Positions 17,317 to 27,094 are shown, numbered from the stretch's first letter. The stretch is DNA of 64,000 nt from an uncultured Anaerolinea sp. (GCA_964436455.1 CAYTDB010000006.1:11372-75371); one strand, 5' to 3'. Translations and numbers: made by a program. The notes: a model not told the origin generated them from the letters alone.

Positions 17317-19545
17317 ATGGACAGTCTGACCGGTTCCGTCGAACGCATCACCTTCTACAATCCTGAGAACGGATACACGGTCCTACGTCTGCGTCCCGAA
17401 CACACCAAGGGCATCCATGCTGTTCCCAAGTCCAGTCTGAGCTTTGATGGCTTGGCGACAGTCGTGGGAAATCTACCTGAAGTGACTCCCGGGGAATTTT
17501 TACGGTTACAAGGTCAATGGGACAGGCATCCAAAACACGGTTCACAATTCAAGGTGGAAATCTGCGAACAGGCTTTGCCTGCCACCATCGCCGGGATCCA
17601 GGGTTATCTTGGCTCCGGCATGATCAAAGGCATCGGTCCCAAACTGGCAGAGCGGATCGTGGGTGTCTTCAAAGAGGACACGTTCGATGTGATCGAGGCG
17701 AGTCCGGAGCGGCTCCTTGAAGTCCCCGGCATCGGCATGGACCGCACTGGTCGGATCACCGCTGCGTGGCAGGAGCAGAAACAGGTCAAGGAGATCATGG
17801 TCTTTCTGCACGGTCACGGCGTCAGCACCAACCTGGCAGTCAAGATCTACAAGACCTACGGGGACAAATCCCTGGAAACCGTTCAGCAGAATCCCTATCA
17901 GCTCGAACGTGACATCTATGGGGTCGGCTTCAAAACTGCGGATCGCCTCGCTCGCGCGCTGGGTCTGCCAGTGGACCATCCATCCCGGATCGAAGCTGGG
18001 ATCGTCTTTGCCTTGAACGAAATGATCAATGATGGGCATGTCTACTCGCCTCAAGAGCTTCTCCTGCAGCGAGCAACTGAATTATTGGAAGTGTCCAGGG
18101 AATTACTGCCTCCTGCCTTGGAACGCCTAGCAATTGAGGGGCGCATCCGCCCTGACCTGATCCCCCTCAACAACAGGAAGGATGAAAAGAAAGCCGACTC
18201 TGAAGCACAGGGAACCTATGGAACTCAGGTGATCTATCTGACCCCGCTCTACTTTGGGGAGAAGGGAGTGGCTGAACACATCAAAAAATTGGCAGGTTCT
18301 GTCTCCATTGCCAGGACCATGAACCACAACCTCTTCCCAGCTGACGAATTATCCCCCGAACAACAGGCAGCCATCGAGATGACACTGACCCATCCGGTCA
18401 GCATTCTGACCGGCGGTCCAGGCACTGGCAAGACCACCTGCCTGAAAGCCTTGATCACCACCCTGGAAGAACAGAACAAGCGATATGCCCTCGCCTCTCC
18501 TACTGGACGTGCCGCCAAGCGTCTCTCGGAGGCAACGGGAAGACCTGCCAGAACCATTCATCGTCTGCTGGAGTTTTCCCCATTGGAGGGATTCAAACAT
18601 AACGATGACAATCCGCTCGATCTGGACTTTTTAGTGGTGGACGAAGCCTCGATGCTGGATCTGTTGTTGACCAATCACCTGCTCAAAGCTGTGCGACCAG
18701 GCACACATATTTTGTTTGTCGGTGATATCGACCAGCTGCCATCTGTCGGTGCCGGCGATGTGCTGCGCAACCTGATCCACAGTGGTATCGCACCGATCAC
18801 ACGTTTGAACACCATCTTTCGACAAGCGGCGGATTCGAAGATCATCACCAATGCCCATCTGATCAATCAAGGGAAGTTTCCGATCTTCTCCCAAGGCAGT
18901 GGTGATTTCTTCTTCTTCCCCGCTGAAGATGCAGAGAAAGCCGCAGACTGGATCATCGAGATCGTGACCGAAAGGATCCCGCAGAAGTTTGGCTATGATG
19001 CAGTCCGTGATATTCAGGTGATTTCCCCCATCTATCGCGGTCCGGCGGGTGTCATCGCATTGAATGACCGTCTGCAGGAAAATCTTAATCCGCCATCAGG
19101 CAACAAGCCGGAACGACGATTGTTCGGAACCGTCTTCCGTCAAGGCGACAAGGTCATGCAAACCCAAAACAACTACGACAAGGATATCTACAACGGGGAT
19201 ATTGGTTTCATCCAAGGCATGGACATGATCGAACAGACGCTCATGGTAGATTTTGATGGGCGAAGCGTAACCTTTGAATGGAGTGAAGCAGATCAGCTTG
19301 CCCTGGCTTATGTGGTTTCCGTGCACAAAGCGCAGGGGGCGGAATTCCCAGTGGTGGTCATGCCGGTTGTGACCCAGCACTACACCATGTTGCAGCGAAA
19401 TCTATTGTATACAGCCATCACGAGAGCACGTAGTTTATGCGTTCTTGCTGGCAGCCGCAAGGCGATTGGCATGGCGGTTAGGAACAACAAGGTGGCAAAT
19501 CGGTTTACGGCTTTGGAGTGGAGGTTGACAAGTATTAAGCTTTAG
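17317..19545 (+). CDS. recD2: ATP-dependent RecD-like DNA helicase
   Basis: GSVERITFYNPENGYTVLRL N-terminus, HhH repeats, GGPGTGKT, DEASM, VHKAQGAE. Confidence 0.95.
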   Translation: MDSLTGSVERITFYNPENGYTVLRLRPEHTKGIHAVPKSSLSFDGLATVVGNLPEVTPGEFLRLQGQWDRHPKHGSQFKVEICEQALPATIAGIQGYLGSGMIKGIGPKLAERIVGVFKEDTFDVIEASPERLLEVPGIGMDRTGRITAAWQEQKQVKEIMVFLHGHGVSTNLAVKIYKTYGDKSLETVQQNPYQLERDIYGVGFKTADRLARALGLPVDHPSRIEAGIVFALNEMINDGHVYSPQELLLQRATELLEVSRELLPPALERLAIEGRIRPDLIPLNNRKDEKKADSEAQGTYGTQVIYLTPLYFGEKGVAEHIKKLAGSVSIARTMNHNLFPADELSPEQQAAIEMTLTHPVSILTGGPGTGKTTCLKALITTLEEQNKRYALASPTGRAAKRLSEATGRPARTIHRLLEFSPLEGFKHNDDNPLDLDFLVVDEASMLDLLLTNHLLKAVRPGTHILFVGDIDQLPSVGAGDVLRNLIHSGIAPITRLNTIFRQAADSKIITNAHLINQGKFPIFSQGSGDFFFFPAEDAEKAADWIIEIVTERIPQKFGYDAVRDIQVISPIYRGPAGVIALNDRLQENLNPPSGNKPERRLFGTVFRQGDKVMQTQNNYDKDIYNGDIGFIQGMDMIEQTLMVDFDGRSVTFEWSEADQLALAYVVSVHKAQGAEFPVVVMPVVTQHYTMLQRNLLYTAITRARSLCVLAGSRKAIGMAVRNNKVANRFTALEWRLTSIKL

Positions 19546-19666
19546 AGTTTCGTGCATTTTGCTTATTCAGAAATCCAGGAAGGCTTTACCAGAATATAAC
19601 AAGCCATTAACTGCTTGTTAAAAAGGTTGAATTAAGATGCTGAAAAATTATTGGTCGGAGAGATGC

Positions 19667-20094
19667 ATGTCAAATAAAACTCGTGTCTTGTTTCTTTGCA
19701 CAGGTAATTCCGCCCGCAGCCAGATGGCGGAGGCATTCCTGCGAAAATATGGTAGCGGCAAGTACGAAGCACATCGTGCGGGATTAGAACCAAAAGGAAT
19801 GAACCCTTTTACCACAGCAGAAATGCAGGAAATCGGAATCGATGTGTCCAACCAGAGGTCTAAAGGGCGGGTGAGTATCTGGGTAAGGTATTGTTCCAAC
19901 ATCTCATCACCGTCTGCGATGATGCAGACAAGAATTGCCCCACCACATGGCCAGGGGTGTCCAATCGAATGCACTGGTCATTTGAAGATCCAGCTGCCTT
20001 TGAGGGCACCGATGATGAAAAACTGGCAAAGTTCCGTCAGATCCGTGATCAAATTGATGGTTGCATCAGGCTATGGATTGAGGAGCAAGCATAA
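19667..20094 (+). pseudogene. arsC: Thioredoxin-coupled arsenate reductase, frameshifted near 19866
   Basis: [12 protein letters not shown] in one frame, continued by [25 protein letters not shown] in another. Confidence 0.85.
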
Positions 20095-20125
20095 ACACAG
20101 GTGGAGCAATTGCTCCACCTGTGTT
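20094..20125. terminator. Perfect palindrome between convergent arsC and acr3
   Basis: AACACAGGTGGAGC-AATT-GCTCCACCTGTGTT. Confidence 0.7.
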
Positions 20126-20131
20126 ATCACT

Positions 20132-21280
20132 TTACTTCACCAACTGCTCATCCGGCGGACAAGCCTCCTGCGCTGCTGCTAGAATGGCGGGGGACGCCTC
20201 AATATTACCGCCATACATTCTTTTTTGCAGCCAGAATGCCACGTTCACCAGACCGATCATGACCGGCACCTCCACCAATGGTCCGATCACTGCTGCGAAA
20301 GCCGCGCCACTGTGGATGCCAAACACCGCCACTGCCACTGCAATCGCCAGTTCAAAATTGTTACTAGCAGCTGTAAAGGAAAGGGTAGTGGTCTTGGAGT
20401 AATCTGCCCCAAGGCGATGTCCCATCCAGAAGGAAATCAGGAACATCGCTACAAAGTAGATCAGCAAAGGAATGGCGATACGCACCACATCCCCAGGAAT
20501 CTCCACAATGAGATTTCCTTTGAGCGAGAACATCACCACAATAGTGAACAGCAAGGCGATCAGGGTCAATGGACTGATCTTGGGAACAAAGTTGGCATAG
20601 TACCATTCCTTGCTTTTGAAGCGCAGTATCACAAACCGAGTCAGGAAGCCTGCCAGGAACGGAATCCCCAAGTAGATAAATACGCTTTTGGCAATTTCGC
20701 CGATGGTGATCTCCACGACCGAACCCGACAACCCAAACATTGGCGGAAGAACCGTGATAAACACCCAGGCATACAGGCTGTAGAACAAGACCTGGAAGAT
20801 GCTATTGAAGGCCACCAGTCCGGCGGCGTATTCCGTATCGCCGTGCGCCAGTTCATTCCACACGATCACCATTGCAATACAGCGTGCCAGACCGATCATG
20901 ATCAACCCGGCCATGTATTCGGGGTATCCGCGCAGGAAGATAATAGCCAAAAAGAACATCAATACGGGGCCGATCACCCAGTTCTGGATGAGCGAAAGCG
21001 ACAGAACCTTTTTGTTGCGAAAGACCTCTCCCAATTCCTCATACTTAACCTTGGTGAAAGGCGGATACATCATCAGGATCAAGCCAATGGCAATTGGAAT
21101 GTTGGTCGTTCCCACCGAAACCGCGTCATTGAATGCCTGTACCCCTTTCGGAAACAGAAATCCGATAACCACCCCCACCGCCATTGCGAGGAAAATCCAC
21201 AGAGTCAGGTAGCGGTCAAGAAAGGACAGTTGTTTGCTCAGGCTTTGCGCCGGCACTTTGGTCACAGTTGCTTCAGACAT
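20132..21280 (-). CDS. acr3: Acr3-family arsenite efflux transporter
   Basis: [38 protein letters not shown]. Confidence 0.95.
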   Translation of the reverse strand: MSEATVTKVPAQSLSKQLSFLDRYLTLWIFLAMAVGVVIGFLFPKGVQAFNDAVSVGTTNIPIAIGLILMMYPPFTKVKYEELGEVFRNKKVLSLSLIQNWVIGPVLMFFLAIIFLRGYPEYMAGLIMIGLARCIAMVIVWNELAHGDTEYAAGLVAFNSIFQVLFYSLYAWVFITVLPPMFGLSGSVVEITIGEIAKSVFIYLGIPFLAGFLTRFVILRFKSKEWYYANFVPKISPLTLIALLFTIVVMFSLKGNLIVEIPGDVVRIAIPLLIYFVAMFLISFWMGHRLGADYSKTTTLSFTAASNNFELAIAVAVAVFGIHSGAAFAAVIGPLVEVPVMIGLVNVAFWLQKRMYGGNIEASPAILAAAQEACPPDEQLVK

Positions 21281-21302
21281 GAAAAACCTCCAGGTTCAAA
21301 TA

Positions 21303-21704
21303 TTATCCCACCTGCATTAGCAGTTGGGGAATCTCACGCGCGATATCATCGCGTACTTTTCGAAAATCATCCATATCATCTGTCAACGCTGGATCGGGGA
21401 AACTGTGATGGGTGCGCTTCCCCTTTCCCAGCCAGACGGGACATTCTTCCGCTGCCGAATCGCAGACAGTGACAACGACATCGAAATCCACATCACGAAA
21501 CTCGTCCGCCCGCTTCGAGCGCCCCTCGTGCTGGATCCCGATTTCTGACAGCGCTTCCAACGCCTTCGGGTGGATGAAACCCGCAGGCTTCGTCCCCGCG
21601 CTGACCGCCTCCCACTTGTCTCCCAATCTCGCGTTGACGATTGCTTCTGCCATTTGCGAACGACAGGAATTGCCCGTGCATAAAAATAAGACTTTGCGCT
21701 TCAT
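21303..21704 (-). CDS. arsC: Arsenate reductase (LMWP/thioredoxin type)
   Basis: CTGNSCRSQMAE, TVCDSAAEECP, FPDP, FRKVRD. Confidence 0.93.
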   Translation of the reverse strand: MKRKVLFLCTGNSCRSQMAEAIVNARLGDKWEAVSAGTKPAGFIHPKALEALSEIGIQHEGRSKRADEFRDVDFDVVVTVCDSAAEECPVWLGKGKRTHHSFPDPALTDDMDDFRKVRDDIAREIPQLLMQVG

Positions 21705-22069
21705 ACTGTGGCCTTTTCAGAAACATTTCTCGATTCATTTATGCTGATGATTTTCGGACCGCAGTTGGGTCGGCGAGGTTGGATGCGTTGTGGATTGAAG
21801 AACATGCCAAAGGCAGAATTCAATTCATCCAGAGCAGCGCGGTTGACCGAGTAATACACCCAGCGAGAATCAACTGCGTCGCGTTTCACATCCACAAGTC
21901 CAACAGCGCGCAATTTGCTCAGATGGTGCGAGATCAGGTTGGGCGGCATTTGCAAGGAGTCGCCCAATTCGCAATTGCACTGGACGCCTTCCATCAGCAG
22001 ATTGAAAATTTGCAGGCGCTTTGGCTCAGCAAGTACTTTGAGCCGCTCCGCCAGTAGCTCCATATCCAT
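21701..22069 (-). CDS. arsR: ArsR/SmtB family repressor
   Basis: LKVLAEPKRLQI, CNCEL, ISHHL, WVYYS; start placed just after the operator. Confidence 0.9.
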   Translation of the reverse strand: MDMELLAERLKVLAEPKRLQIFNLLMEGVQCNCELGDSLQMPPNLISHHLSKLRAVGLVDVKRDAVDSRWVYYSVNRAALDELNSAFGMFFNPQRIQPRRPNCGPKIISINESRNVSEKATV

Positions 22070-22082
22070 ACTTGATAAATAG

Positions 22083-22098
22083 TTCAACATATGTTGAA
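22083..22098. promoter_or_regulatory. Putative ArsR operator
   Basis: Perfect palindrome TTCAACATATGTTGAA just upstream of arsR. Confidence 0.7.
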
Positions 22099-22158
22099 TT
22101 ATATTTGCGCTTGAGCCACCCGTCAACGAGGGATGCCATTTAATCAGGATGACCTTCA

Positions 22159-22908
22159 TCAAGAACGAATCGCAGCCTTACTACCGCGTCTCACTGAGAT
22201 GATCTCTGCCAGAATAGAAACAGCGATTTCTTCGGGTGTCGGACCACCCAGATCAAGACCGATGGGAGCATAAACACGTTTCAACTCATCTTCACCGATT
22301 CCATCCGAGCGCAGATGGTCCAAAATCGTCTTACATTTGTGACGACTTCCGATCATGCCGATATAACGGACGGGCGAATGGATAACCTGCCTCAACGCCG
22401 CTTCATCCGAAACGTGATCGGTTGTGATCAAGACGATGAAACCGTCCGCCGTTAAATGGACCGAGTCCAGCCCGGGGACGTTCGCGCGTCCTGCCTCTGC
22501 ATCCACAACCAATACATCAAAGCCAGCCGCTTCACCCATCAACTTGAGTGGACGCCCAATGTGTCCGCCGCCGACGATGATCAGTTGTGGTGGAGGTAGA
22601 AAGGGCTGGATGAAGACACGCACCTCCCCGCCGCACAACGTTCCGACCGCATCGACCCCTTCCTCGGTGAGGGAATATTTGGGAAGACGCGACAGGCAGT
22701 CGATCAGGACGAGCCGGGCATCCTCCAAAATGGCAGATTCCAGTTTTCCGCCGCCGACCGTTCCCACGGTCGTGCCATCCTCCAGCAAAAGGATCTGCGC
22801 GCCAACTTTGGCAGGCGAGGCACCCTTGACTTCGATGACGGTCGCCAGCACAGCTGGCTGTTTGTCGGCAATGGCTTTCGCCAGGATTTCAATCGGGTGG
22901 GAGTTCAT
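22159..22908 (-). CDS. xdhC: XdhC/CoxI family Mo/W-cofactor chaperone
   Basis: GTVGGG, CGG, GGGHIG, YIGMIGSR, APIGLDLGGPTPEEIAVSILAE. Confidence 0.9.
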   Translation of the reverse strand: MNSHPIEILAKAIADKQPAVLATVIEVKGASPAKVGAQILLLEDGTTVGTVGGGKLESAILEDARLVLIDCLSRLPKYSLTEEGVDAVGTLCGGEVRVFIQPFLPPPQLIIVGGGHIGRPLKLMGEAAGFDVLVVDAEAGRANVPGLDSVHLTADGFIVLITTDHVSDEAALRQVIHSPVRYIGMIGSRHKCKTILDHLRSDGIGEDELKRVYAPIGLDLGGPTPEEIAVSILAEIISVRRGSKAAIRS

Positions 22909-23423
22909 AACATCGCCTCCAGGGTCGCCTTACGGTCGGCAAAAGATAAATCGGATTGCAAAGGCAGACACTCATACAGGGATCGTTTTTGTTGAATGAC
23001 TGCGACGGCAAACGCCAGGCATGTGGATTCACCGCACACGCCGCAATTAGAGCGTGGCAGCAACTCCCAAATATCCAGGTGGCGCGGGGCACGCTTCTTT
23101 GCGGTCACGGCGATCAGTTCGGCGCGTTTTTCCCAAGTGACATTGACCGCATCTTTGAGCGCATCAAATAATTGCAAACCTTCTGTCGAATCCACAACTT
23201 GCGTGATGTATACCTTGTCAGAATAGAGTGTCATAAACCCATGCGGACGGCGGAAGGTGAGCGTGCAAGTTTCGGGGTTGCAGGCGATCACGCCTGGCAG
23301 AGTCGCCAGATAGGGGATGACCTTGTCCAGTGGGCGGTTCGGCTTGCCGATGACAATAATCCTACCTGGTTCGGCGAGGCAGGGCAGGGTCTTGGTGAGG
23401 GTAATGGTAGCGAGATAGTTCAT
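22905..23423 (-). CDS. Fe-S-binding protein with a C-terminal FeS (PF04060-type) domain
   Basis: LPRSNCGVCGESTCLAFA...CLPL; N-terminal TLPCLAEP; ATG 23423 overlaps the readthrough stop of the upstream gene. Confidence 0.85.
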   Translation of the reverse strand: MNYLATITLTKTLPCLAEPGRIIVIGKPNRPLDKVIPYLATLPGVIACNPETCTLTFRRPHGFMTLYSDKVYITQVVDSTEGLQLFDALKDAVNVTWEKRAELIAVTAKKRAPRHLDIWELLPRSNCGVCGESTCLAFAVAVIQQKRSLYECLPLQSDLSFADRKATLEAML

Positions 23424-23632
23424 ATCTTGAACAGGTTGCTGCTGATCTTCAATGTGCCAGTACCTGGCACCTCGATCATCACCTTTCAACCGCCCTCGAG
23501 CAGGTCGCGCGCCTTGCCCTTGAAATGCTCCCGCAGAAATTCCAACGCTCCCTCAGCATCGCTGTCCAGCAGGATGCGCATCAATTCGATGATATCTTTA
23601 TCTTCCAGCACAACGGTCAAGGCTTTTTTCAT
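23420..23632 (-). CDS. Putative 70-aa selenoprotein (Sec at codon 49, TGA 23486-23488)
   Basis: GGGGAGG RBS; MKKALTVVLEDKDIIELMRILLDSDAEGALEFLREHFKGKARDLLEGG-TGA-KVMIEVPGTGTLKISSNLFKI*; SECIS-like hairpin; ATGA coupling. Confidence 0.65.
23443..23478 (-). promoter_or_regulatory. Putative bacterial SECIS element
   Basis: UGAUC-GAG-GUGCCAG-GUA-CUGGCAC-AUUGAA-GAUCA directly 3' of the in-frame UGA. Confidence 0.6.
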
Positions 23633-23633
23633 G

Positions 23634-24179
23634 TCAACCTCCCCGTCCAGTCGCGGGCGCTTCGATGACGATCTCCTCCAAGGCAGCAAGTGTTTCGGCA
23701 TACTGTGGTTCAGCCAGCGGTGGACAGTCGGCAAGTTTTTTCTGCGAGACAACCAACTTCAGTGCGAACGAGTAACAAGTGGGCTCACCGCATTGTTTGC
23801 AGTTGGTATTTGGCAACAGTTTGTAAATCGCTATCGGGGTCGGGCGTTGACGCGTGGTGACATCAGGCGTGATTTCGGAACGGTGCTCCCAGGTCCGATT
23901 GACCAGGTCGATCAGCCCCTTGAGTTCCCTTTCCGCGCCTTCGCGATCCTCGGCATTGCTGGTGGCGATTTCGTAGGCGTGAAAGGCTAGGTTGTGTCCG
24001 CCCTTCTTCCAGGTCAACGCATTGGCTTCGGGCATGTAGACTGCACCGCGCAGAGTGGCATTCAGATAGGGTAAAGCTTCAGAGATGTCGACGGTCAAGC
24101 GCGCCACTGCAGAAAAACGCTCCGCCCCCGGCTCGCAAGGGGGCGTGAACACCTCAACATCATATTGGTCAATGAGCAT
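23634..24179 (-). CDS. Fe-S-binding protein with a C-terminal FeS (PF04060-type) domain (paralog)
   Basis: TPPCEPGAE, LPYLNA, LPNTNCKQCGEPTCYSFA...CPPL. Confidence 0.85.
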   Translation of the reverse strand: MLIDQYDVEVFTPPCEPGAERFSAVARLTVDISEALPYLNATLRGAVYMPEANALTWKKGGHNLAFHAYEIATSNAEDREGAERELKGLIDLVNRTWEHRSEITPDVTTRQRPTPIAIYKLLPNTNCKQCGEPTCYSFALKLVVSQKKLADCPPLAEPQYAETLAALEEIVIEAPATGRGG

Positions 24180-24248
24180 AACGTCCTCTCATTTCTATTG
24201 CAGCAATGAAACGATTTGTCCCAACTCTCGATCCATTCCGCAGTGAAC

Positions 24249-25505
24249 CTATGGACAGCGGATCAATCCACGCGCCCATAAACAGCCTCCACATGTCGGC
24301 TGGATATTTCCAAAACAATCCTCCATGTTTTCATTTGCCATTTCACAACTGTTGCAAAACGCGCAGGGGGAGAAATCAAAATCCCGGAGGCGTTTTCTCA
24401 AATCGCGATACTCCTCCTTCGTCCAAATGGCTTGCAATCCGTCCACCTTCACATCGCCGATAAAATATTCCCTGGAAGTGCGTTCCCTCTCGTCGAGAAA
24501 ATGCGTATGGGTATAAAGCAATGGCAGGCACGGACTGACCTTCCCATCCCAGCGGATGGACATGCTCCCGCGCTCCACAAAGGGACATGCGTCTGTGTTT
24601 CCATTCAAAAGACTGCCCGTCAGTTCAAGGCGATTCATGTCCTTCAAAATATCTCCAAGAGCTTTCATGGTCGGTGCAGAAATATCCATCAATGGCATGT
24701 GGATCGTCGGTCTGATCTCCTGTCCCACGACCATGTCCAAAGAGCGCATGTATAGATTTTCGCCGAGCAATTCTTTGTTATGTGCCAATACATTGCTGAT
24801 TGAAAACTCCAAAGCACCCAATCGGCTTCCTAGGCGAATGACCTCGCCCAGATCATGAATGTTACGCCGCATGGCAACAAAGGCAATCCCCAACTTTGGA
24901 TGGCCGCTCCAGTTCGAGCCGCCAAATCTCAAATATTTTTGTGTTCGCAGATACGACAGGTTTTGCAGGACAACAGGCAGGGCGTCTCCCAGACGGACAT
25001 CCGCATAGCATTCAGGGGATGCGCCATCCAGCGAGACCCACAACATGTCCAATCCAATATCAATCAATCTATCCACAACAGAATCTGTCAGCAGAATGCC
25101 ATTTGTGATCAGCGACACACGGTGTCCCAATCTATTGGCTTGCTCGATCATGTCGAGAACCTTAGGATGAGAAAGTGGTTCGCCGTATCTGCCGAAGAAA
25201 AGCTCAGGTTTGTCGGTAAAATCCCCCAGTCCCGCAAGGAGGGATTCAAAAGTTTCATGGGTCATGCTCCCAAACTTTGCATCCCAGACATTTCTCATGC
25301 AGGTGCTGCAATTCAGATTGCATTTATTGGTCACTTCAATGTATACCCGCTTGAGGGTATGGATGGATGGACGCAGATGCACGCCATGACCATTCTTCTC
25401 GATCTGTATTTCATCGCCGGCAGCAATGCCCAGTTCTTTCACAAAGTGAGGTGGAAGAACAACTTCATTGTTTTCGTTTACTTGGGCGTAGTGGATTTTA
25501 GCCAT
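24249..25505 (-). CDS. Radical SAM/SPASM protein resembling tungsten-cofactor oxidoreductase maturases
   Basis: N-terminal AbrB-like segment, CNLNCSTC, CPFV..GKVSPC and CAFCNSC..DCFGN..TCGGCLWARGLIRCP. Confidence 0.8.
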   Translation of the reverse strand: MAKIHYAQVNENNEVVLPPHFVKELGIAAGDEIQIEKNGHGVHLRPSIHTLKRVYIEVTNKCNLNCSTCMRNVWDAKFGSMTHETFESLLAGLGDFTDKPELFFGRYGEPLSHPKVLDMIEQANRLGHRVSLITNGILLTDSVVDRLIDIGLDMLWVSLDGASPECYADVRLGDALPVVLQNLSYLRTQKYLRFGGSNWSGHPKLGIAFVAMRRNIHDLGEVIRLGSRLGALEFSISNVLAHNKELLGENLYMRSLDMVVGQEIRPTIHMPLMDISAPTMKALGDILKDMNRLELTGSLLNGNTDACPFVERGSMSIRWDGKVSPCLPLLYTHTHFLDERERTSREYFIGDVKVDGLQAIWTKEEYRDLRKRLRDFDFSPCAFCNSCEMANENMEDCFGNIQPTCGGCLWARGLIRCP

Positions 25506-25552
25506 ACCAGATGGTGTTCCTGATTGATGGGGTTTCGTCCCACACTTTCATT

Positions 25553-25963
25553 TTACGGATTTATTGTCAGCGCTTCAATCTGACGTTCAGCCTGATTTAG
25601 ATCCAACGGCGACTCATCGCTCAAGCCTTCATCCTGCCTCCAGACCGCCTGACCTTCGGCGTCCAACAAAATCAGAGTCGGCGCGCGGATGACAGCGTAC
25701 TGTCGCGCCAGATCGGGGCGGTGATCCATGTCAATGCGGATGACACGCAGGGGCGCAATCCAATCATCCACTTGTGCGTTGGCATTGTTGTATACAAATA
25801 GTTCGCACTCACAGCCGCGTGTCTTGTTGAAGAATAACAGGGCAGGCTTCCCATCCAGTTCAAGCGGCGGACGAGGGTTGAACCAGCCCAGTTGAACGGC
25901 TTTCAGGCTCAGCGTCAGGGAGAGCGAGGCGAGAAAGAGAATCCAAAAGACGCGGCGAGTCAT
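25553..25963 (-). CDS. Membrane-anchored thioredoxin-fold protein (CEC motif)
   Basis: N-terminal hydrophobic segment, GCEC, LARQYAVIRAPTLILLD. Confidence 0.75.
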   Translation of the reverse strand: MTRRVFWILFLASLSLTLSLKAVQLGWFNPRPPLELDGKPALLFFNKTRGCECELFVYNNANAQVDDWIAPLRVIRIDMDHRPDLARQYAVIRAPTLILLDAEGQAVWRQDEGLSDESPLDLNQAERQIEALTINP

Positions 25964-26634
25964 GCAATCCACACAAAGTACAGCCCAACGGCAATCACCA
26001 TGAGGCCAGCAATTTTCTCCAAGGCTTCATTCCAGCGACCGAATGCCTGCAACTGTTTCAAGATGCCTGTGAACGTCCCTGCCAAAACGATTGGCACACC
26101 GCGCCCGAAGGCATAGACGAACAAGAGCGCCGCCCCGTAGAGGAGTGCGCCCTTCGCCATCACGTAGGTCAGGATGGCGGCAAGGACGGGTGTGGCGCAC
26201 TGCGAGGCGACCAAGCCCGAGACCAGACCTAGAAGTAACGCTCCAGGCGCGCCCTTGAGCATGACGCGTTCGCGCAATCCACCCAACCAGAGTGGGGTTT
26301 CGAGGTGGATCAAACCGAGCATGTTCAGCCCGATAACGAAACAAACAAAGGCAACCAGGTAATACCACCAGGTCGTGGATGCGCCAATCAGCCCGCCGAC
26401 CAGCGCGGCGGCGAGTCCGAGGAGCATGAATGTCAGTGCCAGACCAATAGCGAAGGTCAGCGAGAGGACAAATGCGCGGGCACGCGGCAGGTCACGCGAG
26501 CCGCCGACGTAGCCGACCACGAGCGGGATCATTGCCACGTTACAGGGTCCGATGCTGGTAAGGATGCCGCCGAGAAAGACGAGAGCGAAGGCAAGGAGGG
26601 AAGCATTTTCGATAATAGTAAAGTCTACATTCAT
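25960..26634 (-). CDS. ccdA: CcdA/DsbD-type transmembrane electron transporter
   Basis: SIGPCNVAMIP and SQCATPVL Cys pair, about 6 TM. Confidence 0.88.
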   Translation of the reverse strand: MNVDFTIIENASLLAFALVFLGGILTSIGPCNVAMIPLVVGYVGGSRDLPRARAFVLSLTFAIGLALTFMLLGLAAALVGGLIGASTTWWYYLVAFVCFVIGLNMLGLIHLETPLWLGGLRERVMLKGAPGALLLGLVSGLVASQCATPVLAAILTYVMAKGALLYGAALLFVYAFGRGVPIVLAGTFTGILKQLQAFGRWNEALEKIAGLMVIAVGLYFVWIA

Positions 26635-26635
26635 G

Positions 26636-27094
26636 TTATTGACCTGCCGCTAGTTGGGTCATCACATCACGGAACTGATCGGCTTGCATGGAGCCGATAA
26701 AAACCTGACGCGCTCCCTGCTTATCGTAAAAAACCAATGTTGGTATGGATTGCAATCGTTCGCGCCGCATAAGGTTTTGGTTGCTCTGGTCATACACATC
26801 CACATCAATCAGCACGACCAGGTCTTGAAATTCAGGGTAGACATGTGCTACTGTATTCATCATCTCTTTACAAGGAATGCAATCGAGCGAGTGCAAGAAA
26901 ACGAAAGTCGGCTGTTTGGCGGTAAGCGCCTCATCGAGTTGGGATTCGAGCGGGGCAGCAGAGGCAGGTGAGTTGTCGATATTTTTGAAGGCGAAGACAG
27001 CGACCAACAACAGGGCAATCCCCGCCAAGATCAATAAGGTTGGCGGATTTTTGGAGGCGCGGGGTTTGCGTTTGGAGTGTTTTGTCTCGGGCAT
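26636..27094 (-). CDS. Membrane-anchored thioredoxin
   Basis: TM anchor, CIPC, SIPTLVFYD. Confidence 0.85.
   Translation of the reverse strand: MPETKHSKRKPRASKNPPTLLILAGIALLLVAVFAFKNIDNSPASAAPLESQLDEALTAKQPTFVFLHSLDCIPCKEMMNTVAHVYPEFQDLVVLIDVDVYDQSNQNLMRRERLQSIPTLVFYDKQGARQVFIGSMQADQFRDVMTQLAAGQ

Noticed and set aside
20225..21472. 415-aa plus-strand ORF
   Set aside because: Antisense shadow of acr3/arsC with no motifs; the same applies to most overlapping ORFs in the track (e.g. 23172-23990, 11057-11704, 14179-14925)
23424..23489. TTG-started N-terminal extension (MKGDDRGARYWH...) of the Fe-S gene in the ORF track
   Set aside because: It is better explained as the readthrough tail/SECIS of the upstream gene, and ATG 23423 gives an ATGA overlap
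23634..23636. A second GG-TGA ending (GRGG*) as a possible Sec codon
   Set aside because: No SECIS-like hairpin was seen, and the next gene's RBS and ATG are immediately adjacent, so it is a normal stop
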